IMG/VR virus record: IMGVR_UViG_3300045912_000261
Location: 48,534 to 112,533 of that record
Length of the DNA stretch: 64,000 nucleotides
From: a virus
Direction: 5' to 3' (one strand)
Program-made: the position numbers and the translations under genes
Part shown: positions 63,622-64,000 of the stretch, piece by piece
Position numbering within the stretch: position 1 is the stretch's first letter
How the letters are laid out: each line of letters begins with the position of its first letter
The notes under the pieces: model-generated
What the model was told of the DNA's origin: nothing
Databases searched by the model: none
Seen by the model: the letters and a program-made list of their open reading frames with translations, nothing else

Positions 63622-64000
63622 GACTCTCCATCCCCACTCCCTCCGAAGCGACAACCCTTCTCCTCTCAGCCCGAAGCGACATTCCGACTCGCTGCTCTCC
63701 GAGGTGACATCCCGAACCGGCCCTTTCGGCCCTCAGCGACTGACCACCCCCACTCCGCCCGAAGCGACAATCCGCGTCCTTTCAGACCGACGCGACATAT
63801 CACACCGAGTCCGTCCGACGCGACACGCCTCGTCGTGTCCTCTCATCTCGACCCAAAGCGACTCTCCGTGCCACCTCTCGTCGAAGCGACGTTCCCGACC
63901 ATCTCCCGTCCCGTCGGCCCCTCCCGAAGCGACTCACCGAGCCGGCTCGAAGCGACATCCCGTATCGCGTCGGTCCAGCCAAGCCGAAGCGACAAATCGT
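63620..64000. repeat. Non-coding array GCGAC-(NNNYC)n-GAA, truncated by window end
   Basis: 12 copies of CCGAAGCGAC-like anchor, mostly 28-bp period, unique spacers built from pentamers ending in YC. Confidence 0.85.

Noticed and set aside
63620-64000. Canonical CRISPR array, or the ORF 63800..63982
   Set aside because: Anchor is only ~10 bp, spacers are internally patterned, no cas genes, and the 28-nt period breaks codon phase; kept as a non-canonical array.
1-64000. tRNA genes, integrase/att site, stop-codon recoding
   Set aside because: No cloverleaf or recombinase motifs seen; genes pack tightly under the standard code with TAG used as a true stop.

Overview
This 64-kb GC-rich window is part of a large tailed phage genome with a contractile (myovirus) tail. 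It has two divergent arms that switch strand at about 46.0-46.4 kb. The left arm (- strand, 45.9 kb to the window start) is a complete morphogenesis operon: TerS, two HNH endonucleases, TerL with an extra C-terminal nuclease-like domain, portal, a 1697-aa polyvalent head-region protein, protease with nested scaffold, DUF2190 cement, Mu gpT-like capsid, neck, PBSX Xkd-like sheath, tube, frameshifted chaperone, tape measure and baseplate, several beta-helix tailspikes, holin and an NlpC/P60 endolysin. The right arm (+ strand) holds about 50 small early-type genes in short operons with three recognisable promoter/operator classes across the window. No integrase, polymerase, tRNA or CRISPR was seen. 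The most unusual signals are non-coding: (1) an array at the right edge built as GCGAC-(NNNYC)n-GAA, resembling a gapped guide-RNA array; (2) about 25 copies of an asymmetric motif ACTCGG(G)CACC-NNN-TCCTAC, polarised away from the strand switch and written in-frame into head-protein linkers; (3) a 308-nt tract with no cytosine at the strand switch; (4) a ~410-bp AT-rich rod-like inverted repeat whose loop is complementary to that tract. Protein calls rest on recognised motifs and synteny, not database searches.
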